Positions 25,585 through 38,460 of a DNA stretch of 64,000 nucleotides are shown piece after piece. Numbering within the stretch: position 1 is the first letter of the stretch; the number at the start of each line of letters is the position of its first letter. The notes below the pieces were generated by a model, which saw only the letters and a list, made by a program, of their open reading frames with translations, was not told the DNA's origin and did no database searches. The DNA is from Octopus bimaculoides (lineage: Eukaryota), in NCBI RefSeq assembly GCF_001194135.2, contig NC_068981.1:125540626-125604625 (forward strand), in the 5' to 3' direction. Both the position numbers and the translations under genes were made by a program.

Positions 25585-26120
25585 TTTTACTTGTTTTAGT
25601 CATTATACAGCAGCCATGCTGGGGTACAGCCTTTAAGGGCTTAGTCAAACAAATTGATCTCAGTACTTATTTTTTAAGCCAGGTATTATTATTCTACCAG
25701 TCCATTTTGCCAAACCACTAAGTTATTGAAATGTAAACAAGCCAGTTGTCAAGTAGTGGTCAGGACAAAAACAAAAGCACACACACATATATACAGGTTG
25801 CAAATTTTGGCACAAGGTCAGCAGTTTCAGGGAAGGGGCTAAGGCAATTAAATTGACCCCCAGTGCTCAACGGGTACATATTTTATCAACCCTGAAAGGA
25901 TGAATGGCAAAGTTGACCATGACGGCATTTGAACTGAAAACATAAAGATAGACGAAATGAAACTAGAAAGGGCTTCTACACACTTTTCTCTTTACCAATT
26001 TCACTAATAAGGCATTGGTTACAGTAGAAAACACTTACTCAAAGTGCCATACAACAGGACTGAACTTAAGACCGCATAGTTTTAAAGTGAGATTCATAAC
26101 CACGCAACCTTGCCTGTGGC
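25585..26120 (-). mobile_element. SINE family A with a nested family B SINE (about 25795-25965)
   Basis: Family A 3' half, then a family B copy right after (CA)n/(TA)n, then the family A 5' half. Confidence 0.8.
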
Positions 26121-26699
26121 TGTCAAATTTTTTTTTTTTTTTTTTTTGCAGTATTTGAAGTTCATCACCACTTGGAAAAATAGTAGTATTTATTGAAACA
26201 AAATAGCTTAAGCTATTATTCAATAAGTAGAAACATTTCTTTTGAACAAGCTTAATGCTGAGGAGGGTACAGTCATTACAAGAACTTTGTTTTTAAAATG
26301 TTTATCAACCCCTTCAACTACCAAAGACTACAAGAAAAGTCAGTGCATAAAGGATTATCTTATTCAATATGCCTTTCCTTCCTTCCTAAGGCAGTGACAT
26401 GTGATTTTGCTGGGTGTAGGGATTAATAGGTTGATGACGTAAAAAACTACCTTGTTAAGTTCTTGTAATTCCTCTGCTGACTTGAATATTACAGGCATAG
26501 GTGTGGCTATGAGATTAAGAAGCTTGCTATGCAGTCACATGGTTTTGAGTTCAGACCCACTGCACATGACCTTGGGCATGCGTCTTCTACAGCCCCAGGC
26601 CAACCAATGCTTTTTGAGGGAAACTGGTGAATAGAAACTATGTGGAAGCTTGTTGCATGTGTATATATGTATGTATGTATGTATTTGTGTGTGTGCAGC

Positions 26700-27300
26700 T
26701 TTGAGTGATTATTGTCTAACACAGGGGTTTTCAAATTTTTTGACTTGCGGACCCTTATAAACGCTTATGAAATTTATACATAAATATTTGCTTGAAATAA
26801 CATTTTTACATTTATTTATTTAACAGTATTTAACAAATAGGTTTATTGTCAATTAAAAGATTTCGATTAAGAAACATATATAAAATCAAATTGCCCATAA
26901 AAAGTATTTGCTGTCTGCGGAGCCCCTGTCTTGTCCTTGTGGACCCCCTGTAGTCCGCGGACCACAGTTTGAAAACCCCTGGTCTAACACTCGTGAACAT
27001 GCTTACCAAATCAAAAAACAACACAGCACCCATCGCTTGCAGAAACATTTTTTTTACACTCGGAATTGTTGAAGCATGGAAAAAACTATCCGCACCAGTT
27101 GTTAGTTGTCAGGACACTACATCCTTCAAAATGTCCATGCTTCCTGAAATTCACCAACAGTACATCCACTTTTTTTATAAATGACTCATTCACTGTTCAT
27201 TTCCCCGTGCATTATTCTATGTACTATTCATACACTTTTGGCTACTTTTCTCAAGAATTGTAGTGCACCAGAGCACTGTACACAATAAGTTCGTTTATTA
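26700..27300 (+). mobile_element. 3' end of a CR1/L2-type LINE (ORF2 C-terminus), split by a MITE
   Basis: From 26983: SNTREHAYQIKKQHSTHRLQKHFFTLGIVEAWKKLSAPVVSCQDTTSFK, which matches the CR1-clade C-terminal pattern TRGH...FFS.RVV..WN.LP..VV...FK. Confidence 0.8.
26722..26981. mobile_element. hAT-superfamily MITE
   Basis: Perfect TIRs CAGGGGTTTTCAAA/TTTGAAAACCCCTG and a perfect 8-bp TSD gtctaaca (26714-26721, 26982-26989). Confidence 0.93.
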
Positions 27301-27593
27301 TCCCCATAACTCAACAGTTGAGCAAAAACAAAAAAGACAATTGAATAAGTACCAGACTTAAAATATAAGTACTTGGGTCAATTTGTTAGAGTAAATCCTT
27401 CATGGTACTGCCCCAACATGGTGCAGTTCAATGACTGAAATAAGTAAAATATAAAAGATACAAGATAATATATGTATTCCCCTCAACTAAGATTAACATA
27501 AAGCTTGGTCAAAAGTAATACACTAGTTTAGCAAATAATAAATTTAATTATTTATCTTCTGTTACATTACTGATCAATTTTAAATCTTAACAG

Positions 27594-27648
27594 AACAGGA
27601 GGAGATACACTGAAGAGGTCACCAGATGACGAAAGATTTCAGACAAAG
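27594..27648 (+). CDS. candidate internal exon xTGGDTLKRSPDDERFQTK (phase 2 to 0)
   Basis: Acceptor ttttaaatcttaacag, donor AAG|gtcagt, single open frame, phase-compatible with 35278-35338. Confidence 0.5.
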
Positions 27649-27981
27649 GTCAGTAAAATAAGAATGATAATAAAGCTGAAGTGAAGACCAAGTGCATAGT
27701 GCATTGGTTAATTGGCAAAAACATAACCATCTCCAAATATATCAATATCTGTTTCAACAAAAGAAAAACTGTTTTCCCAAGCAGTAGGACTGAACCTGAA
27801 GCCATGTAGTTTGGAAATAAACTTCCAAGTCTCACAACTATGCCTGCATCTGTCCACCTTAGTAATTTTTTCCTTCAAGTTCCTCCAGCCATTATCTTCT
27901 TTATACATGTTGTGAAAATGCAGCTGGAAAATTATAATTAACTTTTGTGTAACACTAGCCCTACAAAAGGTTGAGTATAAT

Positions 27982-28713
27982 CAGGGCTGGATTAGTGGGG
28001 TCCCTGAGCCAATACATTTTGGATGCCACTATGAATTTGCTAATTTAAAACATAAGATAATTGAGAGAGCCCTATCAAATCTAGAGGCCCCAATACTTAA
28101 ACAGGCCTCAGCTGGTTCAGAGAGAGTCAATTAAATTTAATGGCTTTTTAAATCTAAAAAGGTCCAATAAATCAAAAGAAGGCTCAATAATTTAAAAACA
28201 ACCCTATTGAATTAATAGTATAAGCACAGGCATGGCTGTGTGGTAAGAAGCATGCTTCCCAACCACATGATTCCAGATTCAGTCTCACTAAATGACACTC
28301 TGGGCAAGTGTCTTCTACTGCAGCCTTGCATCAACTAAATCCTTGTGAGTGGATTTGGTAGACAGAAACTGAAAGAAGCCCATTATATATGTGTGTATGT
28401 GTTTTATTGTGTCTGTGTTTGTCCCCCACCACCGCTTAACAACTGGTGTTGGTGTGTTTACATTCCTATAGCTTAGCAGTTCGACAAAAAAACTAAATAC
28501 TGGGTTCAATTCATTCAACTAAAATTTCTTCAAGGTGGTGCCCCAACATGGCCACAGTCTAATGACTGAAACAAGTAAAAGATAAATAAATAAAAATTAC
28601 AAATTATTTGTTTGCTTTTAGTGTATTTTTCTGTTTTTGACTCCAGAACTTATCTGAGTTAAAGGGGCCCCTCAGCCATGGCCCATATTGGCCCTTATAT
28701 AAATCTGACCCAG
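27982..28713. mobile_element. old hAT-type MITE containing a SINE A (28226-28590)
   Basis: Degenerate TIRs cagggctggatt/aaatctgacccag and 8-bp TSD agtataat/ggtataat. Confidence 0.7.
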
Positions 28714-28801
28714 GGTATAATCAATCTTATTGATCTCAGCATATCATTGGCCCTTACTTTATAACCATGAATAAAAAATCTAAAAGTTGTAAGTAAAATG
28801 T

Positions 28802-29172
28802 TGTTGTTGGCACTCCGTCACTTACGACGTCGAGGGTTCCAGTTGATCTGATCAATGGAACAGCCTGCTCATGAAATTAATGTTCAAGTGGCTGAGCACT
28901 CCACAGACATGTATACCCTTAACGTAGTTCTCGGTGATATTCAGCATGACACAGTGTGACAAGGCTGGCCCTTTGAATTACAGGTACAACAGAAACAGGC
29001 AGTAAGAGTGAGAGAAAGTTGTGGTGGAAGAGTACAGCAGGGTTCGCCACCATCCCCTGCCGGAGCCTCGAGAAGCTTTAGGTGTTTTCGCTCAATAAAC
29101 ACTCACAACGCCCGGTCTGGGAATCGAAACCGCGAGTCCGCTGCCCTAACCACTGGGCCTTTGCGCCTCCAC
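28802..29172 (-). mobile_element. tRNA-derived SINE family C, full length with TSD
   Basis: Minus-strand head gtggaggcgcaaaggcccagtggttagggcagcggactcgcggtttcgattcc (A and B boxes), (aac)n tail, 11-bp TSD aagtaaaatgt. Confidence 0.93.
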
Positions 29173-29559
29173 AAGTAAAATGTAAGAGAGCATTTAATCA
29201 GGGACTCTGCCTTTTCTCTCTCGAATTTTTCTTTTCTTTTTTTGTTTCTTCTCACTGCTTTTCTTGGGAAATGAATGAAACATAACATATTAAGAGGATG
29301 ACAAAAGAAAAAAGATGACTGGATGAATTTAGACATGATTAAATATTGGAAGCATGAAAATATTTGCCTCGCAATTGCTACTAGGAAGACATGTCTGGAA
29401 AACCATTTTTGTTGTTATTTTTTTTGGTGGGGGGGTTATATTTTTATTTATCTTATTATTTTTGCAATATCCAGTGCAGGAATTCCTTACTAACTCCCTA
29501 CACTACATTAAAGAGGGTGGTGGTGGTTGGATTTATGTAATATAATGGTAATGATGGTT

Positions 29560-29971
29560 CAGTGATGGCTATGACAATGATTCTGTGTTAGTTGGACTGG
29601 TAGTAAATGATAATCATAATGATGATGATGATGATTGGCAATTTAGTGGAAGAAATGATGCTGATGATGATGACGACAACAGCGACAACAATAATGATGA
29701 TGTTGATTAGCAATAATAGTGGTATTAGCGATGATGATGATGATGATGGTTAACAATTAAAGTTGTACTAGCAATGATGATAAAGGCCATAACAGTGATG
29801 GGAGTGGTAGTGGTGGTGGTGGTGGTGGTAGTGGTGGTGCTGCTGCTGCTATTGATGATGATGATGATGATAATGGTTAGAGTAGTTATGAGGATGTTAG
29901 TGTTTCATTGATGATAATGTCTATGATGACTGAGTTGTTGCTGTTGTTGGGGTGGGGTGGATGCTTGGGAG

Positions 29972-30002
<31 letters not shown>

Positions 30003-30020
30003 GGTGGTGACGAAGAAAAG
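29560..30020. repeat. mixed trinucleotide low-complexity tract (GAT/GGT/GCT/AAC)
   Basis: Directly visible; similar tracts at about 36150-36260, 37630-37730, 45710-46100 and 62800-62890. Confidence 0.9.
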
Positions 30021-32104
30021 GAGGGAGATTTTTAAATATGTGTTAAATATGAAACACAGTAAACAAGGTTTATATTCTATGTAGCTAATTTTTATCATGA
30101 TTAAATTCTTTGATTCGCCAGACATGACATGAAGTGATGTAGTTGTTAGGAAGTATGTATTATAAACATATATGCAGCAGATACATTTTCCTTCACCTCC
30201 TTAGACCTATAAATTAATGCTAAACTATGTCAGGTGCTGCATCAGAGGTGAAAGGTTGCATAGTTAAACAAACCATATTTGTGTTGCTTGTTCTATTAGA
30301 TAGAAATGAAAGAAGTTATTTGTGTCGTTGTTAAATATCATACACTTATTTTTGTAGTCTTTCTTCCGTTTGGCAGCAATCCAAGTTGTATTATCTTTCA
30401 AGATAAATTTTATGTCGTCTTATTATTCAGTACCAGAATTTAAAAAAAAACAAGAATCACACAGTAGTAAAGTCAGTTATAATCCTTCTAAAATACACAC
30501 AGATGCAACTATGTTCCATTTGTTTTACTTTGTAGTAAATGGTTATTACACTCTAGGTATCAAAGTATGTATTCACCCATCCACTTCATGGTCAGTTTGA
30601 CTCTATACCACTGAATTAAAACTAGAACTTTGGAAAACAGAAAACAAACAGAAAAAGATTATCTTCACACAAACCTCAGGCAAAATTTTGTAAACATACA
30701 TACCCAAGTTATACATTTTGAAAAACCTGCCTGTTTCCACTGTTTATAGAAATCTATAAAAAGATTTTTTTTTAAATTTAAGCTAAAACTTTTGAGAAAT
30801 TACAAATATCATAAGCATGTTTATGTAGTCTTACTTATTACATTTTTTACTAGCATTTTACTATTTGTGGGATCAGATAATTCTACAAATATAAATATTT
30901 TCCCAAATTGTAAGAGTAGATTTTTCAAAGCTGATACCATCCATTTCAACTATTCAAATGAAAAGAAGATGTATTTCCAGCTGACTGCGATAGGATAAGT
31001 TAACAATAATCAAATCCAATTTTGTTATAGGTTAACACCTTTTACTTGCAGTGTCTTATTATTCAATCATTAAAAAAAATCTCTGCTTTTTTCCTACAAG
31101 GCCTAATTACAGTGAAAGAAAAGCAAAGAGACAAATTAAGAAATTATATCAGGAATGTATCTCAAGTGAATCCAGATACCAAGTATTTGGTAACTCAATA
31201 CTGTTAAACAATTTTAGGAAAATGTAAGAGTACATTATCTGCTGCATCCTATCTTTATATAATGAGTATGGTGAAAGTTAAGGGAGGTTTGGCTGATATT
31301 TCTAGTAGGTACAGTGGTCATATAGAGATTCTCTTGTTGGCTCATGAGTTTTAGGCTTCAGTGATGACCACAGCAAAGTCACATGGTCAGAGAGCAGCTG
31401 TTGTTTCTTTTATGCACTTAAGTCAAGTGAATCCTAGAACAATGTTTGAGTTGGAAACAAAGATATAATGACAATGATATCATTATCATCCTCAATTTCT
31501 TATAATCACTTTATTTGCTGATAGGTTTAAGCAGGTGGTTATATAATGAAGTGAGATTACTTTTAGGAATTCCCCTTATATTCAGACCACAGTTCATGCA
31601 GACTTCAATTTGTTCAGTCTGCATTTGCTCATTAAGTGTCACACAAGAAAAGAAGATGTTTTGATGTTTCAAAATAATTAGAAACTAAACACACCAAATT
31701 CAGTGACAGATAAAGTCCAGACATAAAACTTTATTAGCTTTTTATTCTTCAATAACAATTGGTAAGCAGCTTATATTGGAGTGTTCACAAATTATTTTCA
31801 CACTTTGATTTATTAATTTCTTATGTGCATATATGACGGACAATTACTGTGGAGTCAAGCTGCTGGACTACTGACCACATAGTCATAAGGGAGGGGGTTG
31901 AACATACTACTTTCATTGTATAGTACTCTTGGCATCAGTTTTCCCCAAATGAACAAAAAGAGACACAGCTCTCTACTTCATGCCTGAGTGGTCAGAAGTA
32001 GGAAGGTCATCAATCCTCAGGAACAACTGCTCCACCAAACAAATTATTCTACATTTAAGGATCCAGAGAAACAGGTGATGGTTTGTGGTTGTGGTTTACT
32101 TTCA

Positions 32105-33135
32105 GTTTTACTTTTGCTTGTTTTAGTCACTGGACTGTAGCCATGCTGGGGCACCACCTTGAAGAGTTTTAGTCAAATGAATCAAACCCAGTACTTATAT
32201 TTTTAAGTCTGATATTTATGCTATCAGTCTCTATTGCCAAACCCCTAAGTTACAGAAACATAAACAAACTAATACTAGTTGTCAAATAGTGATGACAAGC
32301 ACAAAGACCTACATACATGTATATATATATATATACTCTTTTACTCTTTTACTTGTTTCAGTCATTTGACTGTGGGCATGCTGGAGCACTGCCTTAAGTC
32401 AAGCATATCAACCCCAGGACTTATTCTTTGTAAGCCTAGTACTTATTCTATCGGTCTTCTTTGCTGAACCGCTAAGTTACAGGGACGTAAACACACCAGT
32501 ATCGGTTGTCAAACACAGACACACAAACATATACACACACATACATATATACGACGGGCTTCTTTTAGTTTTCGTCTACCAAATCCACTCACAAGGCTTT
32601 GGTCAGCCCGAGGCTATAGTAGAAGACACTTGCCCAAGGTGCCACGCAGTGGGACTGAACTCGGAACCATGTGGTTGGTAAGCAAGCTACTTACCGCACA
32701 GCCACTCATGNNNNNNNNNNNNNNNNNNNNNNNNNNNNNNNNNNNNNNNNNNNNNNNNNNNNNNNNNNNNNNNNNNNNNNNNNNNNNNNNNNNNNNNNNN
32801 NNNNNNNNNNNNNNNNNNNNNNNNNNNNNNNNNNNNNNNNNNNNNNNNNNNNNNNNNNNNNNNNNNNNNNNNNNNNNNNNNNNNNNNNNNNNNNNNNNNN
32901 NNNNNNNNNNNNNNNNNNNNNNNNNNNNNNNNTATATATATATATATGTATGTATTATGTATGTATGCATGTTTACAATGGGCTTCCACACAGTTTCTTT
33001 CTGCTGAATTCACTCACAAGGAAATGGTTGACCCAGGCTATGGTAGCAGATACTTACCCAAGGTGCTACACAGTAGGACTGAACCTGGAACCATGTGGTA
33101 GCAACCTGACCCTCTTAAACACATAGCCATGCCTA
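32105..33135 (-). mobile_element. older SINE A with a younger SINE A (32338-32708) nested in its microsatellite
   Basis: Old 3' half at 32105-32320, a near-consensus full copy, an N-gap, then the old 5' half at 32960-33135. Confidence 0.8.
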
Positions 33136-33337
33136 TGTCAACAACAATTAGTCCACACCAGAATTTGTGAGTTTGCTTTGATAAGTTCAATTGCTGTAAG
33201 AAGTGTCTAATCTAATGTTTTGGGCACCTCTCTTCATCTGAGCATGAGGGACTGGTGCTGACACTTTGGTTGCAGACAATTAAAATTCTACATTTAGGTA
33301 CAGATGAGAAAATGGGTGTAAATGAATGTAAAATTGT

Positions 33338-33495
33338 AGGTGCAGGCATGGTTGTGTCATAAGAATTTTGCTTTCCAACTGCTTGCTTTCAGGTTCAGTG
33401 CCACTGGCAAGTGTCTTCTATTATAGCCTTGAGCCAAGCAAAGCCATGTGAGTGAATTTGCTTGACTGAAACCAAAAGAAGCCCATTGTGTGTGT

Positions 33496-33534
<39 letters not shown>

Positions 33535-33745
33535 CCTGTGTTTGTGTTTTCCCCCAAACACTGCTTGAGAACCAGCATTGCTTTGTTCCCGTCCCTGCAA
33601 CTTTAGTGGTTCAGTAAAAGAGGTTTTAAAAAAAAAAGTCCTGGGGTCGGTTTATTCAACTAAAAATCTATAAGTCAGTACTCCAGTATGGTTGCAGTCT
33701 ATTAACTGAAACCTGAAACAAATAAATGGGAAAAAAAGATTAAAA
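33338..33745 (+). mobile_element. SINE family A
   Basis: Full-length degenerate match. Confidence 0.85.
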
Positions 33746-33758
33746 AAAGAATTTAAAG

Positions 33759-34285
33759 TAGTAGTTCTTAATCTGGGCGGTTGCACCTTTTGGCGGGCAC
33801 TAAGAGCTAACAATGAGCAACACCTATCATGTGAGTGCTAGGGGATGCTAAGTGTTTAGAAGGTTGTGGGGGATCATAATTTTTCTTAGTTAAAGAATAT
33901 TTAAACCAGGTAAAATACTTATATTTTAAAACATTTTCAAACAAAATCTAAGTTGAGATTACAGTATGAGGAAGACATTATGTTATCAGTGTGCAGAAAC
34001 ACAACAGAAGATGTGTCAAGGTCCAGTATAACTTCATAATCAAAGTCCTCATCTTTGGTAATTTCCATAGAAATTTTGTATAGGCAAGATTCATTCATAA
34101 AATATTTAAAAAGAGGCACATGCTGAATGGGGTGTTATAAGAAAAGATGGATAGTAAACCAATGTGCCAAGTTACATTCTATTGATTAAAATAATCATTT
34201 TTTTTTTCAAAACAATTCAGGGAGGGGATTTGTAATAGCATTTGATAAAAGTGGGCACTAAAATACTAAAGGTTGAACACTACTG
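33759..34285. mobile_element. hAT (Charlie/Buster-like) non-autonomous element
   Basis: Ends tagtagttcttaa and ggttgaacactactg; 8-bp TSD atttaaag/atttagag. Confidence 0.7.
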
Positions 34286-34397
34286 ATTTAGAGGCATAAA
34301 GTAAATTTATGCAAACCAATGCTACAGTCAACAGGTTTTGTATATCTTATTGACCTCAGAAAGAGCAAAAATAGAAACAGTCTTGGGAGGAGTTTAA

Positions 34398-34617
34398 CCC
34401 TTTAGCATTTAAACTGACCATATCCAGCCCAAATATTCTACCTATTTTATGTTCAAATAGGCCAGAACTGGCCTTTCACACCTACCCTACAATATTATTC
34501 TAAAAATAAACAATCAAATTATTGGAATCTCAGAGCTATAAGGTCATGTATGATCAACCTGAAACAATGTAAATAAATAAACATTAGACTTGACAGAATA
34601 ATCTGAAGGCTAAAGAG
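34398..34617. mobile_element. piggyBac-type MITE
   Basis: TTAA-ccctttagcatt ... gctaaagag-TTAA. Confidence 0.85.
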
Positions 34618-35277
34618 TTAACCTGAAATTAAATGTGAAGTAACTAAATAATATTGACGATATTCTAAGACCATTAAATATTTTGCAGGCTTGGCTGTGT
34701 GATTGAGAAGTTTACTTTGCAATTACATTGTTTTAGCTTCAATTTCTCTGAAAATTGCCTTGGGAAAATGTTTCCTGCTATGACCTAGGGTTGACCAAGG
34801 CTGAAATTTGGTATTCGGGAATTGCTTAAAAATCCATAATCTGGTTTAACAATTTGGTCCTTGGGTGATTTTAGTGGAACCCTCTCTATTGCAAGCAGGC
34901 CTTTGATCTAAGGATAATTTCCCCCCCTTTTTCCCACCATTCTTGGAAGCCTTAAAAATAGTAATGGGCATTGCCCATCTGTTCTGAAAAAGCAATTAAG
35001 ATATAAACAGAAAAATAATAAAAGTAAACAATTCCACCTATGCCAGTATAGCAAAAAGTTCTTAAAAAGGAAGTGTTGGTTGTGATGATAACAACAATGG
35101 CGATGATGATGACAGGGAGGAAGAGGAGGATTAGCCACAAAATAAGTTATTGAAGCAGAGAATCAGTGACCATAAGTGGTACATGCTTCACTGATCCTTA
35201 CTTTCACAAAAAGAGGGAAGGATTTGAACCTAGTACTGAGAGAAGAATTGTCATTGATGTTTCTCTTTTTCTTCTAG

Positions 35278-35338
35278 ATAGGGGTGTTGTATTGGCCTGA
35301 CACAAACTCATTTTTACCTCTAAGAAGTGTTGGCCCAT
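35278..35338 (+). CDS. candidate internal exon IGVLYWPDTNSFLPLRSVGP (phase 0 to 1)
   Basis: Very strong acceptor tttctctttttcttctag, donor CAT|gtaagt, only one open frame. Confidence 0.6.
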
Positions 35339-36869
35339 GTAAGTGCAGCCTCTTTCCTTTGACCTGTCCAGTATGAGAGGCTCTGCCAGGATTTTGTATT
35401 CTGCTTTCGTAACACTCAGGATCATTGAGTAACACAAACTACCACACAACAACAAGGACTGGATTTTGTAGTGGAACCAATCTAAATATTTTGTGATATT
35501 TTTGGTCGTGTCCTTATATGTTCTCGGTCCAAATCCTGCTGAGATCAGCTTTATTATTCATTCTTCAGGATTCAATAAAATAAAATATCATTTAAATAGC
35601 AACCACTATGTTTGAAGCAGCTACTATCATTAAAGCTGTTGCATACCAACTCCAAATTAGTTGTTGTTTCATAAGGTATTTTTCATATCTCTAAATTTAC
35701 ATTTGAGATCCAGTTGATTATTGCATCATCAGTATCATGAATTATTCCGTATTTCCTTGAATCAAAGTGGGGCATACTAGTGATTCATGATATCCTCCAT
35801 ATGTGACTTAACTGTTTTCTGCTATAGCCTGCTCTCAACCTGTTTGCATATGCTCCTTGCTTTCTGGTTGCTATAATAGAAACCAAGTAGTAGTTTAGTG
35901 GCTCCATAAACCAGTCCCCACTACTGGAAATACATGAAACAGATTTTTAATGACTATTCAATATGGACACACATTTATATGTAATATGTAAATGCTTACT
36001 AGTGCACACCACAATGCAATCTACCAACCACTAATCTAGTATTTGTTGAGCTGCAATGATAAGATGATGTATTACGATTAATACGGAAATGCTATAATGT
36101 AGACCCATCCTACTATCAAACAACAAAAACAACAATGCCAATGATAGTGAATGTAATGATGACAGTTGGCGATTTGGGTGGTAGTGGTGGTGGTGTTGGG
36201 GTGGTGGTGGTGGGGGTGGCAGTAATGACAATGATGATGATAATCAAAATGAATTATTACAATTATAATCATTATTGTAGTCATTCTTAAGAATAGATTA
36301 ATGTTTATTTGATAATTGGCAGATGGAACATTAGCACTGTGCCCCACTTCATATGGTTAACCCATTGACAAGAAGTTTCAGAAGTTTCTGCAAATAAACT
36401 ACAACTTAGATCCTGCTCCAGTATGAAGAATACATTTGTTGCCATGACAGTCTAAACCAATAAAGGACAAATTAACTTTCTGTCATGCTTCTTTCATTTC
36501 ATAGAATATAATACATGCGGTGTTGACAAATTATTATATAAAGATTTAAAATAGTCAGACATATGATTAAGTATTTATTAAATATCACAAATGAAATCCT
36601 AAATTTGACTTCATTTATTACATACAACAAATATGAATGTACCAACGGCCACGAGAATAAAATAATAAGGCTATCATTAGAAATAATCCTACTGATTGGT
36701 GCATTGCAAATATCTTCTGGAAATAGCACTTAATTTCTTTAATGTCAAGCAATATTCACTTCTGTAGATATTATCTAACATAATGATTTCTAACATGGAC
36801 ACAAGGCCACATTTTCTGTAAGAAACAGCAGTTGATTAAACCTTCATAGCAATATTTTTTTAATGAAGT

Positions 36870-37130
36870 AGATTCTCAAATAGACTTTCTACCAACCATA
36901 TAGAATTTCTCTCAACACCTTTTCTGCATATGGAGCACAAAATTTTTTCAAGTGGTATCAGGATCCTGTCTTCCTTTCAACAAAAACTTTTGTTTTTGCT
37001 GAGTGTACTTTAAGTTTTTACTTCCATTTCTGGAATTTCTGCTCCAAATCTTCTAAAGATTCTGTTATAAAAGCTAAGTTACTAGCATGCAGGAGTTCCC
37101 AGAGATAATTGACCTTAAATTCTGCCGATA
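36870..37130 (-). mobile_element. decayed RTE-clade LINE reverse-transcriptase fragment
   Basis: Minus strand EFKVNYLWELLHASNLAFITESLEDLEQKFQKWK*..LKVHSAKTKV...CSICRKGVERNS corresponds to the WELLYADDL...LKVN..KTKV region. Confidence 0.8.
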
Positions 37131-38048
37131 GAGCTGGCAGAGTTCTGCAAGCATTAATTATTAACCTTGCTTGACTAACATGAAATTTTGGATAGATTTC
37201 CTGGTCCAGTGACTAAATTAGCAGCTGATAGAATTATGGATCAGTTTTAGCTGTTTTAATAGGATTTCTGTGGTGGGGAAAGGCCATCTCACTTAATATT
37301 ATTATGAAGTACCTTTGACTGAAATACTGTAGGAATTTTCTAATTCCTAAATTCAATGATTATCTTTTACCTTAATTTAATGGGAGTAGAGTAATGGACA
37401 GTGATGGATACTTGCCTGCTTACTAAATAACTTCTGTAGTACTGGTTCCATGATAAAGTTCACCTAGGACTCTCTGTAAAGTGGTTAATGTTGGAGGTAC
37501 ATTCTGTCATTGGATTCATACCAAAATAAAAATGGACAAGTGTGATGAACTTCCTGTCCTGCAAGGTATCTAAGAAGGCAGAAACTGTGAATAAGCACTG
37601 ATTCAAACTGTGATGAAAAGCAGATATAGAATGATGATGATGATAGTAGTGATAGTGGTAGTGGTGGTGGTGGCAGTGAGGAGGAGGGAGAAGAAGAAGC
37701 GGGGGAAAGAGGAGGAGGGGGGGGAGAAGGAGGATTTTACCTAGGAAAATAACTAAGAATTTTAAAGGATTTAGTAAAATAACTACTTCAAATATTCAGC
37801 TATTTGCTGTGTTTACAAACCTTTAGACTTTCTGTCAGGCAGCCATTCTCAACTTTGTTTATCATAAGAACAGGTCAAGATCCTTACCAGTAATGTAAAC
37901 ACATTCTATCTTTCTCCTACTTGCAATAATGAAATTACTTGCAAATTCAAAGAATTTGATGGGAATTAGTAAATTGAGTAAATAATTAAGCTATTGCTTG
38001 GAACATAAAAATGCTTACATAAAATTATGAAGGAAAGTTTTAATTTAG

Positions 38049-38198
38049 ATATGAGCCTGTTAGATGGAAAGGCTTCTATAACTAAACTAGAGACAGCCTC
38101 AAGCAGGCTGATATCAAAGGAATTAAAGCAAACCAGACATATTATATTGGCCACCACCAACCCTTTCCCCAGAATAACAAGAGGCAAAATCAACCCCA
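38049..38198 (+). CDS. weak candidate exon (Y)MSLLDGKASITKLETASSRLISKELKQTRHIILATTNPFPRITRGKINP (phase 1 to 1)
   Basis: Acceptor ttttaatttag, donor CCA|gtaaga, phase-compatible with 35278-35338; could be chance. Confidence 0.25.
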
Positions 38199-38240
38199 GT
38201 AAGATTTGAACTTTAAATATAAAGTGACATAACTAGATAT

Positions 38241-38460
38241 TGGTTTCAAATTTTGGCACAAGGCCAGCAATTTACAGGGAGGGGTTAAATTGATTACATT
38301 GACCCCCAATATTCAACTGATATTTCTTTTATCAACCCTGAAAGAATGAAAGGCAAAGTTGACCTCAGTGGAATTTGAACTCAAAACGTAAAGACAAAAC
38401 AAAATGCCACAAAGTATTTTGCTTGACGTGTTAACAATTTTGCCAGTTCACCACCTTGAC
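38241..38460 (-). mobile_element. SINE family B
   Basis: Full-length match; another copy at 39745-39955. Confidence 0.88.

Larger units (their letters stand above)
26485..27470 (+). mobile_element. SINE family A interrupted by a LINE fragment and a MITE
   Basis: Family A head at 26485-26700; the 3' half resumes at about 27300 (tccccataactc...). Confidence 0.8.

Noticed and set aside
28802-29172. tRNA genes suggested by A/B boxes here and in other SINE heads
   Set aside because: They are SINE heads with non-tRNA bodies, tails and TSDs; no complete cloverleaf.
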